Positions 20,500-30,867 of a stretch of DNA of 64,000 bases are shown piece after piece; position 1 is the stretch's first letter, and every line of letters begins with the position of its first letter. Made by a program: the position numbers and the translations under genes. The notes beneath the pieces were generated by a model. It saw nothing but the letters and a program-made list of their open reading frames with translations. It was not told the origin of the DNA and ran no database searches. The stretch covers positions 25,211 to 89,210 of the forward strand of contig CAVYRN010000013.1 of the NCBI GenBank assembly GCA_963771015.1. Direction: 5' to 3'. The stretch is from an uncultured Actinomycetota bacterium (GTDB lineage: Bacteria; Actinomycetota; Actinomycetes; Actinomycetales; Dermatophilaceae).

Positions 20500-21240
20500 T
20501 CAGAGCCCGGACTCGGGGGTCCGGACGAGGATGCGTCGGCACTCCTCGCAGCGGAGCACCTCGTCCTCGGCGGCCGACCGGATGTGGTCGAGGTCGACCT
20601 GGTTGAGCTCGAGCTGACATCCCCCGCACCGGCGCAGCCGCAGCGTCGCGGCCCCGAGTCCCCCACTGGTGGACCGGATCTTCTCGTAGAGGGCCAGCAG
20701 GTCCTCGCCGACCTGCTCGGCGAGGACCCCGCGCGGCGCGGCGACCTGGACGGCCTCGGCGTCGAGGTCGGCGAGCGCTGCGTCGCGCTCCGCGGCCGTG
20801 GCGGTGATCCGGCCGTCGAGGTCGGCCATGCCGCGTTCGAGCTCGGCGACGTCGTGCTCGAGGTTCTCGGCGCGTTCCATGACCTCGAGCTCGACCTCCT
20901 CGAGCTCGCCCTGGCGTCGGGCCAGGGACTCGAGCTCGTGCTGGAGGGCCTGGAGGTCCTTGGCGGTACCGACACCGACGTCCAGACGGCCCTGGTCGCG
21001 GGCGGCCCGCTCCCGGACGAGCTGGACGTCCGCCTCGGCCTTGGCAACCTCGCGCTGGACGTCGCCGAGGGCGGCCCGGGCCCGGATCAGCTCGTCCCCG
21101 AGGACGCTCGCCTTGTTGGCGAGGTCCGCGTACACCGCGAGCTGCGGCAGATGTGCGCGGGCATGAGCGATCTGGTCCAGTCGGGTGTCGACCGCCTGGA
21201 GGTCGAGCAGACGCAGCTGGCGCTGGGGCTCGGCTTTCAC
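20500..21240 (-). CDS. Zinc-ribbon coiled-coil protein (DUF164, Rv2229c-like)
   Basis: 246-aa ORF consisting of a long coiled coil followed by CGGC...CEEC. Confidence 0.8.
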   Translation of the reverse strand: MKAEPQRQLRLLDLQAVDTRLDQIAHARAHLPQLAVYADLANKASVLGDELIRARAALGDVQREVAKAEADVQLVRERAARDQGRLDVGVGTAKDLQALQHELESLARRQGELEEVELEVMERAENLEHDVAELERGMADLDGRITATAAERDAALADLDAEAVQVAAPRGVLAEQVGEDLLALYEKIRSTSGGLGAATLRLRRCGGCQLELNQVDLDHIRSAAEDEVLRCEECRRILVRTPESGL

Positions 21241-22091
21241 GACGGCATGCCTCCCGGCGGTTCAGCACCGATGGTGAAGTCCCACGGATCGGTGCGCACT
21301 GTGCTCATGGACGTCCCCACCCTAGGCGAGCCGCCCTCGTCGTCGGCAAGCGCCGCCCGCAGGTCCCGCTCGAGGGAGGCGAGCCAGTACGCCTCGGTCG
21401 ACCAGTGCCCGGCGTCGATGAGGTAGGGGCGGCCGCCCCGGGCCTCCTCCCGGGCCTCGATCGCCGGGTGGTGGCGCAGGTCGGCGGTGACGTAGACGTC
21501 GGCCCCACTCGCCCGGACCTCGTCGAACAGGTCGTCCCCCGCCCCGCCCATCGCGGCCACCCGGCGGATCGGCGCGTCGGCGGGCCCGGCGACCCGGATG
21601 CCGCCGGCCGCCTTCGGCAGCCTCTCGCGCAGCCGGGTGGCGAAGGCGGCGAGGGTCGTCGGCTCGGCCAGGTCGCCGACCCGGCCGAGCGGCTGGCCCT
21701 CGACCACGGCGAGCGGCTCGGTGCTCGCGAGGCCGCACGCCTCGGCGAGTGCGTCGCTGACCCCGGGCGTGGCGACGTCGGCGTTGGTGTGGGCCACGTA
21801 GAGCGCGATGTCCCCGACGACGAGGTTCGTCACGCTCGCTCCCTTCGCGGTCGTCGTCGCGACGCTGTTGACCCCCCGCAGCAGCAGCGGGTGATGGGTG
21901 ATGACGAGGTCGGCCTGGGCCGTCCGCGCCTCCTCGATGACGGCGAGGGTCGGGTCGAGGGCGAGGTGGATGCGGGTGACGGGCTGGTCGAGGTCGCCGG
22001 TGACGAGGCCGACCCGGTCCCAGGACTGAGCGGTCTGCGGCGGATAGATGCGCTCGAGGGCGGCCACGACATCGCGAAGGGTCAGGTCCAT
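21237..22091 (-). CDS. Nif3-like dinuclear metal centre protein
   Basis: 284-aa ORF with SWDRVGL, ITHHPLL and DAGHW motifs. It overlaps the next gene by 4 nt. Confidence 0.85.
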   Translation of the reverse strand: MDLTLRDVVAALERIYPPQTAQSWDRVGLVTGDLDQPVTRIHLALDPTLAVIEEARTAQADLVITHHPLLLRGVNSVATTTAKGASVTNLVVGDIALYVAHTNADVATPGVSDALAEACGLASTEPLAVVEGQPLGRVGDLAEPTTLAAFATRLRERLPKAAGGIRVAGPADAPIRRVAAMGGAGDDLFDEVRASGADVYVTADLRHHPAIEAREEARGGRPYLIDAGHWSTEAYWLASLERDLRAALADDEGGSPRVGTSMSTVRTDPWDFTIGAEPPGGMPS

Positions 22092-22092
22092 G

Positions 22093-22165
22093 TGGGCCCG
22101 GCCGGTTTCGAACCGACGACAACCGCGGTGTAAGCGCGGTGCTCTACCAGCTGAGCTACAGGCCC
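22093..22165 (-). tRNA. tRNA-Val (anticodon TAC)
   Basis: Minus strand reads GGGCCTGTAGCTCAGCTGGTAGAGCACCGCGCTTACACCGCGGTTGTCGTCGGTTCGAAACCGGCCGGGCCCA. It folds as a cloverleaf with anticodon loop CTTACAC. Confidence 0.9.
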
Positions 22166-22246
22166 TCGGGAGCGCAGCGGCTTGGCGTGGCCGGCCCGCT
22201 CCCGGCGGTCATTGTGTCAGCAGCGCGGCCGAGCCAGGGCCGGGCG

Positions 22247-22723
22247 TCAGCCGAGCTGGGCCAGGGCGTCGTGATAACCGCCGAAGTCACGCGCTGCACC
22301 GGGCGGGTTGACGAGGGTCCAGCGGATGGTTCCCTCGGTGTCGACGAGGAAGGTGCCGCGGACCGCGAGGCCGGCCCGGTCGTCGAAGACGCCGTACGCC
22401 TGGGCCACGGCGCCGTGCGGCCAGAAGTCGGACAGCAGCGGGAAGAAGTAGCCCTCCTTGTCGGCGAAGCCGCGCTGGGCGTACATGGGGTCGCACGAGA
22501 TGGCGAGGACCTGGACCTTGTCGGAGACGAAGCCGCCGAGGTTGTCGCGGATCTCGCACAGCTCGCCGGTGCAGATGCCCGAGAAGGCGAACGGGAAGAA
22601 GACGATGACGACGTTCTTGCGGCCACGGAACGAGCTGAGGGTGACCTCCTGGCCGTTCTGGTCCTTGAGGGTGAAGTCCGGGGCGATCTCACCGACGGAC
22701 ACGGGAGGGATGGTGTCGCTCAT
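22247..22723 (-). CDS. ahpE: Peroxiredoxin, AhpE-like
   Basis: ATG at 22723 gives MSDTIPPVSVGEIAPDFTLKDQNG...VFFPFAFSGICTGE (peroxidatic Cys context). Length is 158 aa. Synteny matches Rv2238c. Confidence 0.85.
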   Translation of the reverse strand: MSDTIPPVSVGEIAPDFTLKDQNGQEVTLSSFRGRKNVVIVFFPFAFSGICTGELCEIRDNLGGFVSDKVQVLAISCDPMYAQRGFADKEGYFFPLLSDFWPHGAVAQAYGVFDDRAGLAVRGTFLVDTEGTIRWTLVNPPGAARDFGGYHDALAQLG

Positions 22724-22794
22724 GGCGGAAGTCTGCCAGTCGGTCCCGGCTGGGTCGCATGGAGGGTCGGCCGCCGCGGGAGCATGGCGTCGGG

Positions 22795-23244
22795 CTAGCG
22801 ACGGCCCTTCGGCGACCCGAGCTTGGTCGCCCGCCAGAGGTCGCCGGCGTTGGCGCTGCCGCCCCCGTGCAGCCCCGCGGTCACCGCCGCCTCGTCGATC
22901 TCGCTGGCCTCGACCTCGCCGGGCTGGCCGGGCTTGGGGGTGATGACGACGACGAAGCCTCCGTCGCCGAGCATCCCGACCGTATCGACGAGCGCGTCGG
23001 TGAGGTCGCCGTCGTCGGCGCGCCACCACAGGACGACGGCATCGATCTCGCCGGTGTAGTCCTCGTCCTCCAGCTCGGAACCGCAGGTCTCCTCGATGAG
23101 GAACCGGAAGGCGTCGTCGACGTCCGTGTCGTATCCGAACTCCTGGATGACCTGGCCGGCGGCGAACCCGAGCTTCTCCACTCCCGCGTGGGCACCACCG
23201 GGCCCCCGGTCGGCGCTGGCCTGCGCCTCAGCTGGGGCGTTCAC
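22795..23244 (-). CDS. DUF3052 protein (Rv2239c-like)
   Basis: 149-aa ORF containing KLGFAAGQVIQEFGYDTDVDD...VVLWWRADDGDL...VVITPKPGQPG. Confidence 0.8.
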   Translation of the reverse strand: MNAPAEAQASADRGPGGAHAGVEKLGFAAGQVIQEFGYDTDVDDAFRFLIEETCGSELEDEDYTGEIDAVVLWWRADDGDLTDALVDTVGMLGDGGFVVVITPKPGQPGEVEASEIDEAAVTAGLHGGGSANAGDLWRATKLGSPKGRR

Positions 23245-24808
23245 GTACCTGGTCCTCCATCCACGGGTCGCCAGCGGGTTGCGGTCCTGCGGGTCCTAGT
23301 CCACTGGGTTCGGGGCCAGGTTCGCAAGTGGTGACCCGCCGTCGGCGCGCCACCCGCGCCCGGAAGGCCTCCTCGTTGAGCAGTCGCTCCGCCTCCGCCA
23401 CGGTGAGGTGGGGCATGGCCGGGTGCACCGGGCCAGGGGTGGACACGAGCGTGACCGAGGCCAGGCCGAGGGCCCGCTCGAGAACGCCCTGGCTGAGCGT
23501 GAGGGACTGGATCCGTGCGTGTGGGATGACGACCGCGGCCCGGTGCAGGCGTCCCCGGCGGGTGATGACGGAGCTCGGCGACACGGCATACCCGTTCCGC
23601 CGCCAGCTCAGCGGGTCGAGCAGCCGCGAGCGCTCCCCGGCGGCGGTCCAGCCCGGCTCGGCCCCGGACCCCAGGACCGCTGCGTCCAGTGACTCCGCCG
23701 CGACGTGGGCGTCCAGGACCCCGAGCACCGTGGTCACATCGGCGAAGGTGCCGACCGGAAGCACCGTCGTGTCCTCCCGTGACCCCGGCTCGTCGTGGAC
23801 CCCGGCGACGTTGACACGGACCCGCCACCACCCGAGCGGGCGCCACCACATCGGTTGCAGCACCTCGACGGCCTGGAGGCGGTGCAGGGGGACGGTCGTC
23901 GTCCGCAGGTCGGTGAGCCCGTGGCGGATGCGAAGGCTGTCGGGGAGCTCGGCGAGGGTGAAGTTGCCGTGCTTGAGCAGCTCGCCGACCCGGTTGCCGC
24001 CGATGCCGATGACCATCGGGAGGAGCCCGGTGAGGACTCCCACGGTGCCCAAGCCCGCGGCGGCCGACCCGAGCAGGACGCCCAGCCCGAGGATGAGCGT
24101 CGAGGTATGCAGCAGGGTGGCGACGAAGAGCCGAGCGTTGGGGACGGCCAGGACGGGCCGTTCGCCGGGGGACCGGTCGTCGGCCACCGCCAGAGGGCCA
24201 CCCCAGGCGAGGTCGGCCGGCGGGCCCGGTATGCCGTCCGGCCGCGCGGCCCGGGCCTCTTCGTCACTGCGCCCGGCCAGGGCGAGCAGGTGGTCTCGAA
24301 GCTCGTGGGCCCGAGCCAGGGCGAGGAAGGACAACGTCAGGTGCGACCCGCGACCGCCGGCGGACTGGACGATGACCTGGGCAAGCCCGAAGACCCGGGC
24401 AAGCAGTGGCCGGCTGATCTCCACCGCCTGGACCCGCTCGAAGCGCACCTGACGGTGCTGCCGGAAGAGAACGCCGGTCCGCAGCTCGACCTGGTCGGCG
24501 CTCACCCGGAACCGGGCGAACCGCCAGCTCAGCCACGAGCCTCCCGCGATGACCGCGACGATCCCCAGCGCGCCGAGCCCGAACCAGATCGGGTGGGCGA
24601 ACACCTCCTGGGTCTGCGGGTCGCCGGTGTAGTCGCCGGACACGGTGCCCATCACCGAGTCCACGCCCTGGGTGACGAGCCAGCCGCCGAGTGCGAGCAT
24701 GACGAAGCCGCCGCGCAGCAGCGGCGACAGCGGGTGCAGGTGCTGCCAGCCACCGGCCCCCTCCGGTGGCGGGCCGCCGAGCTCCGGACCGCGGTCCTGC
24801 TGGCTCAC
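23228..24808 (-). CDS. PH (bPH_2/YdbT-like) domain membrane protein
   Basis: GTG at 24808 overlaps the upstream stop (GTGA). The 526-aa product has repeated membrane hairpin plus PH-like modules (RFRVSADQVELRTGVLFRQHRQVRFERVQAVE...). Confidence 0.75.
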   Translation of the reverse strand: MSQQDRGPELGGPPPEGAGGWQHLHPLSPLLRGGFVMLALGGWLVTQGVDSVMGTVSGDYTGDPQTQEVFAHPIWFGLGALGIVAVIAGGSWLSWRFARFRVSADQVELRTGVLFRQHRQVRFERVQAVEISRPLLARVFGLAQVIVQSAGGRGSHLTLSFLALARAHELRDHLLALAGRSDEEARAARPDGIPGPPADLAWGGPLAVADDRSPGERPVLAVPNARLFVATLLHTSTLILGLGVLLGSAAAGLGTVGVLTGLLPMVIGIGGNRVGELLKHGNFTLAELPDSLRIRHGLTDLRTTTVPLHRLQAVEVLQPMWWRPLGWWRVRVNVAGVHDEPGSREDTTVLPVGTFADVTTVLGVLDAHVAAESLDAAVLGSGAEPGWTAAGERSRLLDPLSWRRNGYAVSPSSVITRRGRLHRAAVVIPHARIQSLTLSQGVLERALGLASVTLVSTPGPVHPAMPHLTVAEAERLLNEEAFRARVARRRRVTTCEPGPEPSGLGPAGPQPAGDPWMEDQVRERPS

Positions 24809-25323
24809 AGGCCCGCCCGCTGCGCCTCGCCGCGAGCCGCGAGCCGCGACCGCAGCGCCTCGGCCTCCGGAAGGTCGAGCCCGGGGATGGTCCCACCGCT
24901 CTCCGGCGAGGCGGTGTGGATCTGGACCGAGGCCACCCCGAAGGCACGGGACAGGGGGCCGCTCTGGAGGTCGACGTACTGAAGCCGGCCGTACGGGATG
25001 CTGACGAGCCTGCGGAACATCCGGCCGCGGCGGATGACGAGCTCCTCGTCGAGCTCGACCCAGCTCGTGGCGCTCACCTGGCGGACGATGACCCACCATC
25101 CCCAGGCTCCGCCGATGGCGAGGACGACAAGACCGAGGAACACCCACCCGCTGAGGAGGACGCCGAGCACGACGGCCGCGAGGGTGGGCACCAGCAGCAC
25201 CGCGGCGAGGATGATGAGCCGGATCGTGGCCAGGGCGGGCGAGACCCGTCGCCACCGAGGTCCGTCTCCGAACAGGGTGATCTGGTCCTCGGCCGACGTG
25301 GGCGGCGGGGCAGCGTCGCTCAT
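24805..25323 (-). CDS. PH (bPH_2/YdbS-like) domain membrane protein
   Basis: ATG at 25323. The 172-aa product has two TM segments followed by LVIRRGRMFRRLVSIPYGRLQYVDLQSGPL. Confidence 0.75.
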   Translation of the reverse strand: MSDAAPPPTSAEDQITLFGDGPRWRRVSPALATIRLIILAAVLLVPTLAAVVLGVLLSGWVFLGLVVLAIGGAWGWWVIVRQVSATSWVELDEELVIRRGRMFRRLVSIPYGRLQYVDLQSGPLSRAFGVASVQIHTASPESGGTIPGLDLPEAEALRSRLAARGEAQRAGL

Positions 25324-25372
25324 GACCCCAGTCTGCCCGACCGCCGGGGCCCTTCCTGACCGCAGGACCGGT

Positions 25373-26224
25373 TCAGGCGAGGAAGTCGCCGACGATCCGG
25401 TTGAACTCGTCGGCGTGCTCGATCTGGCTCCAGTGCCCACAGCGGCCGAACACGTGGAGCTGGCTGTCGTCGATGAGGCTCAGCAGTCGGTAGGCGTTCT
25501 CGAGCGGGATGACCCGGTCGTCACGGCCGTGGACCACGAGGGTGCGGTGCCGAAGAGCCCGAATCTGGTCCTCCGGGGTCGCGAGGTCCTCGACGCCGTC
25601 CTGACGGGGGGCCGGGAACATCGCCGAGAACGACTCCTGGAAGCCCGGCCGGATGGAGGCGGCATACCGCAGCCGAGCCAGCTCGTCGGTCACGAGCGAG
25701 CGGTCGTACGCGAAGATGTCGAGCAGGCTCCGCATCGTCTCCAGCGACGGCTCGTATCCCCACACCGCGTCCAGCCCGGCTGTGATGGGGAAGGACACCC
25801 CGACCGAGCCCATGAGGACGAGCCGGTCGACCCGCTCCGGGGCGTGGACCGCCATCGACAGAGCCAGCCCCCCGCCGAAGCTGTTGCCGACGATCGAGAA
25901 CCGCTCCAGTCCGAGTGCGTCGGCGAAGGCGAGCAGATGGGTCCGCCAGCCCGCCATCGTGTAGGGCTGTCCCTCGGGCCGGTCGGTGAAGCCGAAACCG
26001 ACGATGTCGGGTGCATAGACGGTGAACCGCTCCGCCAGGGACGGGATGGTCAGCCGCCAGTTCGAGTACGCGGAGACCCCTGGGCCAGACCCGTGGACGA
26101 GGAGCACGGCGGGCCCGTCACCCGCCCGGAGGTAGTTGGTCCCGACTCCCCCGGCGTCGATGCGCCGGCCGATCTCCGGGTCGTGGTTCGGGGCGGGCGT
26201 GGGGGTGTCCGGGCTCCTGCTCAT
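25373..26224 (-). CDS. Alpha/beta hydrolase (meta-cleavage-product hydrolase-like)
   Basis: 283-aa ORF with HGSGPG, the nucleophile elbow GNSFGG and the C-terminal CGHW. Confidence 0.8.
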   Translation of the reverse strand: MSRSPDTPTPAPNHDPEIGRRIDAGGVGTNYLRAGDGPAVLLVHGSGPGVSAYSNWRLTIPSLAERFTVYAPDIVGFGFTDRPEGQPYTMAGWRTHLLAFADALGLERFSIVGNSFGGGLALSMAVHAPERVDRLVLMGSVGVSFPITAGLDAVWGYEPSLETMRSLLDIFAYDRSLVTDELARLRYAASIRPGFQESFSAMFPAPRQDGVEDLATPEDQIRALRHRTLVVHGRDDRVIPLENAYRLLSLIDDSQLHVFGRCGHWSQIEHADEFNRIVGDFLA

Positions 26225-26317
26225 GCGCCCAGGCTAGGGACGGCCGGCGCACGCCGGACAGGGACGTTCCGCACGCCGCAACGCCCGGGTTCCGGCGCCG
26301 CGGCATACGCTGCCGTG

Positions 26318-27148
26318 ATGGGCCGACGAACCGCACGGGTGCCGAGCACTCGCCTGGACGTCGACACCGGCGCGGTCGTTCGCCGCCCGGACACCGTGGC
26401 GGTCGAGGAGCCGCTCGAGATCCGGGTGGGCGGGGAGTCGCTGACGACCACGATGCGGACGCCTGGGGACGACTTCGACCTCACCCTCGGCCACCTCGTC
26501 ACGGAGGGCCTCTTGCACGACGGGTCCGAGGTGCGCGGGCTGATGCACTGCACCGACACCGACGCCGACGGCTCCCCCACCTTCAACGTCGTCGACGTCA
26601 CACTGGCCCCCGGCGCCGCCCTGCACGGGCGGCCGCGGGCCCGAGCCGAGTCGATGACGAGCGCGTGCGGGATCTGTGGGACGGCGACCATCGACGCCAT
26701 CCGGACCGCATCCCGGTATGCCGTGGCCGAGGACGCGACACCCCTCGCGGCAGATGTGCTCGCGTCGCTCCCACAGCGGCTGCGCGCCCGCCAGCCGACC
26801 TTCGACCGGACCGGCGGCGTCCACGCCGCGGCGCTGTTCACGCCCGGCGGCGGCCTCCTGGCCGTTCGTGAGGACGTGGGGCGCCACAACGCCGTCGACA
26901 AGGTCGTCGGCTGGGCCGTCCGCGAGGACCGGCTTCCGCTGAGCGGCACCGTCCTCGTGGTCAGCGCCCGGGCCAGCTTCGAGATCGTCCAGAAGGCCGT
27001 GATGGCCGGGATCCCGGCCGTCGTCGCCGTCTCCGCCCCGTCCTCGCTGGCCGTCGGCCTGGCCACCGAGACGGGCCTGACCCTTGTCGCGTTCGCCCGC
27101 GCACCGCGCCTTGTCGTGTACGCCGGTGAGCACCGGCTCGGTGGCTAG
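26318..27148 (+). CDS. fdhD: Formate dehydrogenase accessory sulfurtransferase FdhD
   Basis: ATG at 26318. The product contains SACGICG and EDVGRHNAVDK motifs. Only the last 276 aa of the 716-aa track ORF are credible. Confidence 0.85.
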   Translation: MGRRTARVPSTRLDVDTGAVVRRPDTVAVEEPLEIRVGGESLTTTMRTPGDDFDLTLGHLVTEGLLHDGSEVRGLMHCTDTDADGSPTFNVVDVTLAPGAALHGRPRARAESMTSACGICGTATIDAIRTASRYAVAEDATPLAADVLASLPQRLRARQPTFDRTGGVHAAALFTPGGGLLAVREDVGRHNAVDKVVGWAVREDRLPLSGTVLVVSARASFEIVQKAVMAGIPAVVAVSAPSSLAVGLATETGLTLVAFARAPRLVVYAGEHRLGG

Positions 27149-27244
27149 TCACCGAGACCGCTTTCCGGGGCAGGATGGCCAGCCCTCGTCCGGACGGGTG
27201 ATATTCCACCGAATCCGGGGCGCGCGCCGCCATCTCTTCCTAAC

Positions 27245-27874
27245 ATGACGCCCATGAAGACTGGGGTCCGCTCGGTGGGCTTCGCCGCCGCAACGGTCGG
27301 CGCGGTCCTGATGTGGCTGTATGCCACATCGGCCTGGTGGACGGCCCACCTGCCCACCCAGCAGGCGCTGCCGTCCCCCGTCGCCATCGTCATCGACATG
27401 CCGCACGCCCATCTCGCGCGGACCATGGCCGCGGCGATCGCCGTGGCCCTGACAACCGTCGTCGGCTTCCGCATGCTTCAGACGACCGGGGCGTTCCTCG
27501 CCGTATGGGTGTCCCTCTTCGCCTTCCTCGCCCTCTACTTCGCCGGCCCGAACCGGTCGGCCGACCTCATCTACGAGGCCCACCGTTCGGACTTCACGAC
27601 GCTTGCCACGATGGCCAAGGACGGGCAGCTGACGGACCGGACGGCGTACGGCAACACCCTCTCGCTCCGGCTGCGCTACCTCTCCACCACCGGTCGGGTG
27701 AACTGGGTCGGCGGGTCGCTCTTCGTGCCGCGCCGCGTCGTCTTCCCCGACAACTCGGCCGGGTTCTGGTATGTGCCCAAGGGCTCGCCGGTCGGCAAGG
27801 ACATGTTCGGTACCCAGTGCTCCTCCCCGGTCCACCTCGACACCCAGTGGTGGGCCTGCGGGCTCCCGACCTAG
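27245..27874 (+). CDS. Hypothetical membrane protein
   Basis: 209-aa ORF with several hydrophobic helices followed by a Cys-containing soluble tail. No family recognised. Confidence 0.5.
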   Translation: MTPMKTGVRSVGFAAATVGAVLMWLYATSAWWTAHLPTQQALPSPVAIVIDMPHAHLARTMAAAIAVALTTVVGFRMLQTTGAFLAVWVSLFAFLALYFAGPNRSADLIYEAHRSDFTTLATMAKDGQLTDRTAYGNTLSLRLRYLSTTGRVNWVGGSLFVPRRVVFPDNSAGFWYVPKGSPVGKDMFGTQCSSPVHLDTQWWACGLPT

Positions 27875-28028
27875 CCCGCCCGGTCGCTCCCCGCGCCCAC
27901 CGATCCCGGCTACCGGACGGTAGCCGTCCGACCCTTCGACGGAATTGTCGGTTGCCAGGCCTCGGGGGGAGGATGGGACGACGCGCCGCCCCCTGGTCGC
28001 GCCCGATCTCCCGACGAGAGGACCGCTC

Positions 28029-30794
28029 GTGACGTTCCGCGAGGAAGCCGGACCCATCCTCAACGGCATCCCGGCCCACCTGCCCGACACCGACCCCGGT
28101 GAGACCCAGGAGTGGCTCGACTCGCTCGACCAGGTCCTGGACGCCGGCGGTCGCACCCGGGCGCGCTACGTCATGCTCCGCCTGCTCGAGCGGGCCCGCG
28201 AGAAGCAGATCGGCGTCCCCTCGCTGACTGCCACGGACTTCGTCAACACGATCGGCCCGGAACAGGAGCCGTGGTTCCCCGGTGACGAGGACGTCGAGCG
28301 GCTCTACCGCAGGATGATCCGCTGGAACGCCGCCGTCATGGTCCACCGCGCACAGCGGCCGGGCGTCTCTGTGGGCGGTCACATCTCGACGTACGCGTCG
28401 GCGGCGACGCTCTACGAGGTCGGGATGAACCACTTCTTCCGCGGCCCGGACCACCCCGGCGGCGGGGACCAGGTCTTCTTCCAGGGTCACGCCTCACCCG
28501 GCATGTACGCCCGGTCCTTCCTCGAGGGCGTCCTGGGCGAGGAGGACCTCATGGGCTTCCGCCAGGAGAAGAGCCACGTCGTCGACGGCAGGATCCGGGC
28601 TCTGTCGTCCTACCCGCACCCTCGGATGATGCCGTCGTACTGGCAGTTCCCGACCGTGTCGATGGGCCTGGGGCCGCTCAACGCGATCTACCAGGCACAG
28701 TTCAACAAGTACCTGCAGAACCGCGGCATCAAGGACACCAGCGAGCAGCGGGTCTGGGCCTTCCTCGGCGACGGCGAGATGGACGAGGTCGAGGCCCGGG
28801 GAGCCCTGCAGATCGCCGCGTACGAGGAGCTCGACAACCTCACCTTCGTCGTCAACTGCAACCTCCAACGGCTGGACGGCCCGGTCCGGGGCAACGGGAA
28901 GATCATCCAGGAGCTCGAGGCCCAGTTCCGTGGTGCCGGCTGGAACGTCATCAAGGTCATCTGGGGCCGCGGGTGGGACCCGCTGCTGGCCGCCGACCGC
29001 GACCACGCGCTCGTCCACATCATGAACACGACGACCGACGGCGACTACCAGACCTTCCGGGCCAACGACGGCGCCTATGTGCGCGAGCACTTCTTCGGCC
29101 GTGACCCGCGCACCCGCAGGCTCGTCGAGCCGTGGAGCGACGAGGACATCTGGTACCAGCTCAAGCGCGGCGGCCACGACTACCACAAGGTGTTCGCGGC
29201 ATACCAGGCAGCCGCCCACCACACCGGCCAGCCGACGGTCATCCTCGCGCACACCATCAAGGGCTACACGCTCGGTTCCTCCTTCGCCGGCCGCAACGCG
29301 ACCCATCAGATGAAGAAGATGACCGTCGACGACCTGAAGAACTTCCGCGACCTGCTCCGGCTGCCGATCACGGACTCCCAGCTCGAGGCCGACCCCTACC
29401 AGCCGCCCTTCTTCCACCCGGGCATGGACGACCCCGCCATCGACTACATGGTCGAGCGGCGCCGGGAGCTCGGCGGGTCGCTCCCCCAGCGGCGCAGCAG
29501 GTACACCCAGCTCTCACTTCCGGACGACGACGCCTACGCCCAGGTCAAGAAGGGCTCCGGCAAGCAGCAGGTCGCCACGACGATGGCCTTCGTCCGGCTG
29601 CTCAAGGACCTCATGCGCGACAAGGAGTTCGGCAAGCGCATCGTCCCGATCATCCCCGACGAGGCGCGGACCTTCGGGATGGACAGCTTCTTCCCGACCC
29701 TGAAGATCTACAACCCGCACGGGCAGAACTACACCCCGGTCGACGCCGAGCTCATGCTCAGCTACCGCGAGTCCGTCACGGGGCAGATCCTTCACCTCGG
29801 CATCAACGAGGCCGGCTCGACCGCGTCCTTCACCGCGGCGGGGACCTCCTACGCCACCCACGGCGAGCCGATGATCCCCATCTACATCTTCTACTCGATG
29901 TTCGGGTTCCAGCGGACCGGCGACTCGATCTGGGCCGCGGCCGACCAGCTGACCCGGGGCTTCCTCATCGGGGCGACAGCGGGCCGGACCACCCTGACCG
30001 GCGAGGGCACCCAGCACGCCGACGGCCACTCCCCCCTGCTCGCCTCGACCAACCCGGCCGTCGTCACCTACGACCCGGCCTTCGGCTACGAGGTCGCGCA
30101 CATCATCCGTGGCGGCCTGGAGCGGATGTACGGCGAGAACCCCGAGAACGTCATCTACTACGTCACCGTCTACAACGAGCCGATCGCCCAGCCCGCCGAG
30201 CCCGACGACGTCGACGCCGAGGGCATCGCGCGCGGGATGTACCTGCTCAAGGAGGCCGACACCTCGACATGGCAGCACGAGCCCGCTCGGGCACAGCTGC
30301 TCGCCTCGGGCGTCGGGGTGCCATGGGCGCTCGAGGCCCAGGAGCTGCTCGCGACCGACTGGGGTGTCGCCGCCGACGTGTGGTCGGTGACCTCGTGGAG
30401 CGAGCTGCGGCGCGACGGCCTCGCCTGCGACGAGCAGACGTTCCTCCACCCCCAGGGAGAGGCGCGCGTGCCCTATGTCACCGAGCGGCTGCTCACCGCG
30501 CCCGGCCCGGTCCTGGCGACCTCGGACTACATGCGGGCCGTCCCGGACCAGATCGCCCAGTGGGTCCCCGGCGACTTCGTCTCCTTGGGAGCCGACGGCT
30601 TCGGGTTCGCCGACACCCGGGCCGCCGCCAGGCGCTACTTCCACATCGACGGGCCCTCGCTCGCGGTCCGCACCCTGCAGGTCCTCGCCCGCCGCGGCGA
30701 GATCGAGGCGTCGGTGGCCCGGGAGGCCGCCGACAGGTACCACCTCCTCGACGTCACCGCCGGCAGCTCGGGCACCGAGGGTGGCGACGCCTGA
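28029..30794 (+). CDS. aceE: Pyruvate dehydrogenase E1 component (homodimeric AceE type)
   Basis: [14 protein letters not shown] at the N-terminus, the thiamine-PP region GDGEMDE...NLQRLDG, and a length of 921 aa from GTG 28029. ATG/GTG 27945 is an alternative start. Confidence 0.9.
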   Translation: MTFREEAGPILNGIPAHLPDTDPGETQEWLDSLDQVLDAGGRTRARYVMLRLLERAREKQIGVPSLTATDFVNTIGPEQEPWFPGDEDVERLYRRMIRWNAAVMVHRAQRPGVSVGGHISTYASAATLYEVGMNHFFRGPDHPGGGDQVFFQGHASPGMYARSFLEGVLGEEDLMGFRQEKSHVVDGRIRALSSYPHPRMMPSYWQFPTVSMGLGPLNAIYQAQFNKYLQNRGIKDTSEQRVWAFLGDGEMDEVEARGALQIAAYEELDNLTFVVNCNLQRLDGPVRGNGKIIQELEAQFRGAGWNVIKVIWGRGWDPLLAADRDHALVHIMNTTTDGDYQTFRANDGAYVREHFFGRDPRTRRLVEPWSDEDIWYQLKRGGHDYHKVFAAYQAAAHHTGQPTVILAHTIKGYTLGSSFAGRNATHQMKKMTVDDLKNFRDLLRLPITDSQLEADPYQPPFFHPGMDDPAIDYMVERRRELGGSLPQRRSRYTQLSLPDDDAYAQVKKGSGKQQVATTMAFVRLLKDLMRDKEFGKRIVPIIPDEARTFGMDSFFPTLKIYNPHGQNYTPVDAELMLSYRESVTGQILHLGINEAGSTASFTAAGTSYATHGEPMIPIYIFYSMFGFQRTGDSIWAAADQLTRGFLIGATAGRTTLTGEGTQHADGHSPLLASTNPAVVTYDPAFGYEVAHIIRGGLERMYGENPENVIYYVTVYNEPIAQPAEPDDVDAEGIARGMYLLKEADTSTWQHEPARAQLLASGVGVPWALEAQELLATDWGVAADVWSVTSWSELRRDGLACDEQTFLHPQGEARVPYVTERLLTAPGPVLATSDYMRAVPDQIAQWVPGDFVSLGADGFGFADTRAAARRYFHIDGPSLAVRTLQVLARRGEIEASVAREAADRYHLLDVTAGSSGTEGGDA

Positions 30795-30809
30795 GCCGCA
30801 CCCCCGACG

Positions 30810-30860
30810 CACCGGTGGGGTATGCCGCGCACCGAGCGGGCGCGGCATACCCCACCGGTG
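30810..30860. terminator. Perfect 21-bp hairpin between convergent aceE and cbbM (bidirectional terminator candidate)
   Basis: caccggtggggtatgccgcgc (30810-30830) pairs with gcgcggcataccccaccggtg (30840-30860). Each arm contains one copy of the GTATGCCG/CGGCATAC octamer. Confidence 0.65.
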
Positions 30861-30867
30861 TCCGAAG

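Noticed and set aside
19283-21268. 661-aa ORF read as one large RNase H fusion protein.
   Set aside because: The N-terminal 274 residues are low-complexity and overlap the DUF164 zinc-ribbon gene in another frame. The RNase H domain begins at Met 20446, as in Rv2228c-type proteins.
24998-26317. N-terminal 440 residues of the 716-aa ORF that ends as FdhD.
   Set aside because: This part is antisense to the PH-domain gene and the alpha/beta hydrolase gene and is low-complexity. FdhD homology starts at Met 26318.
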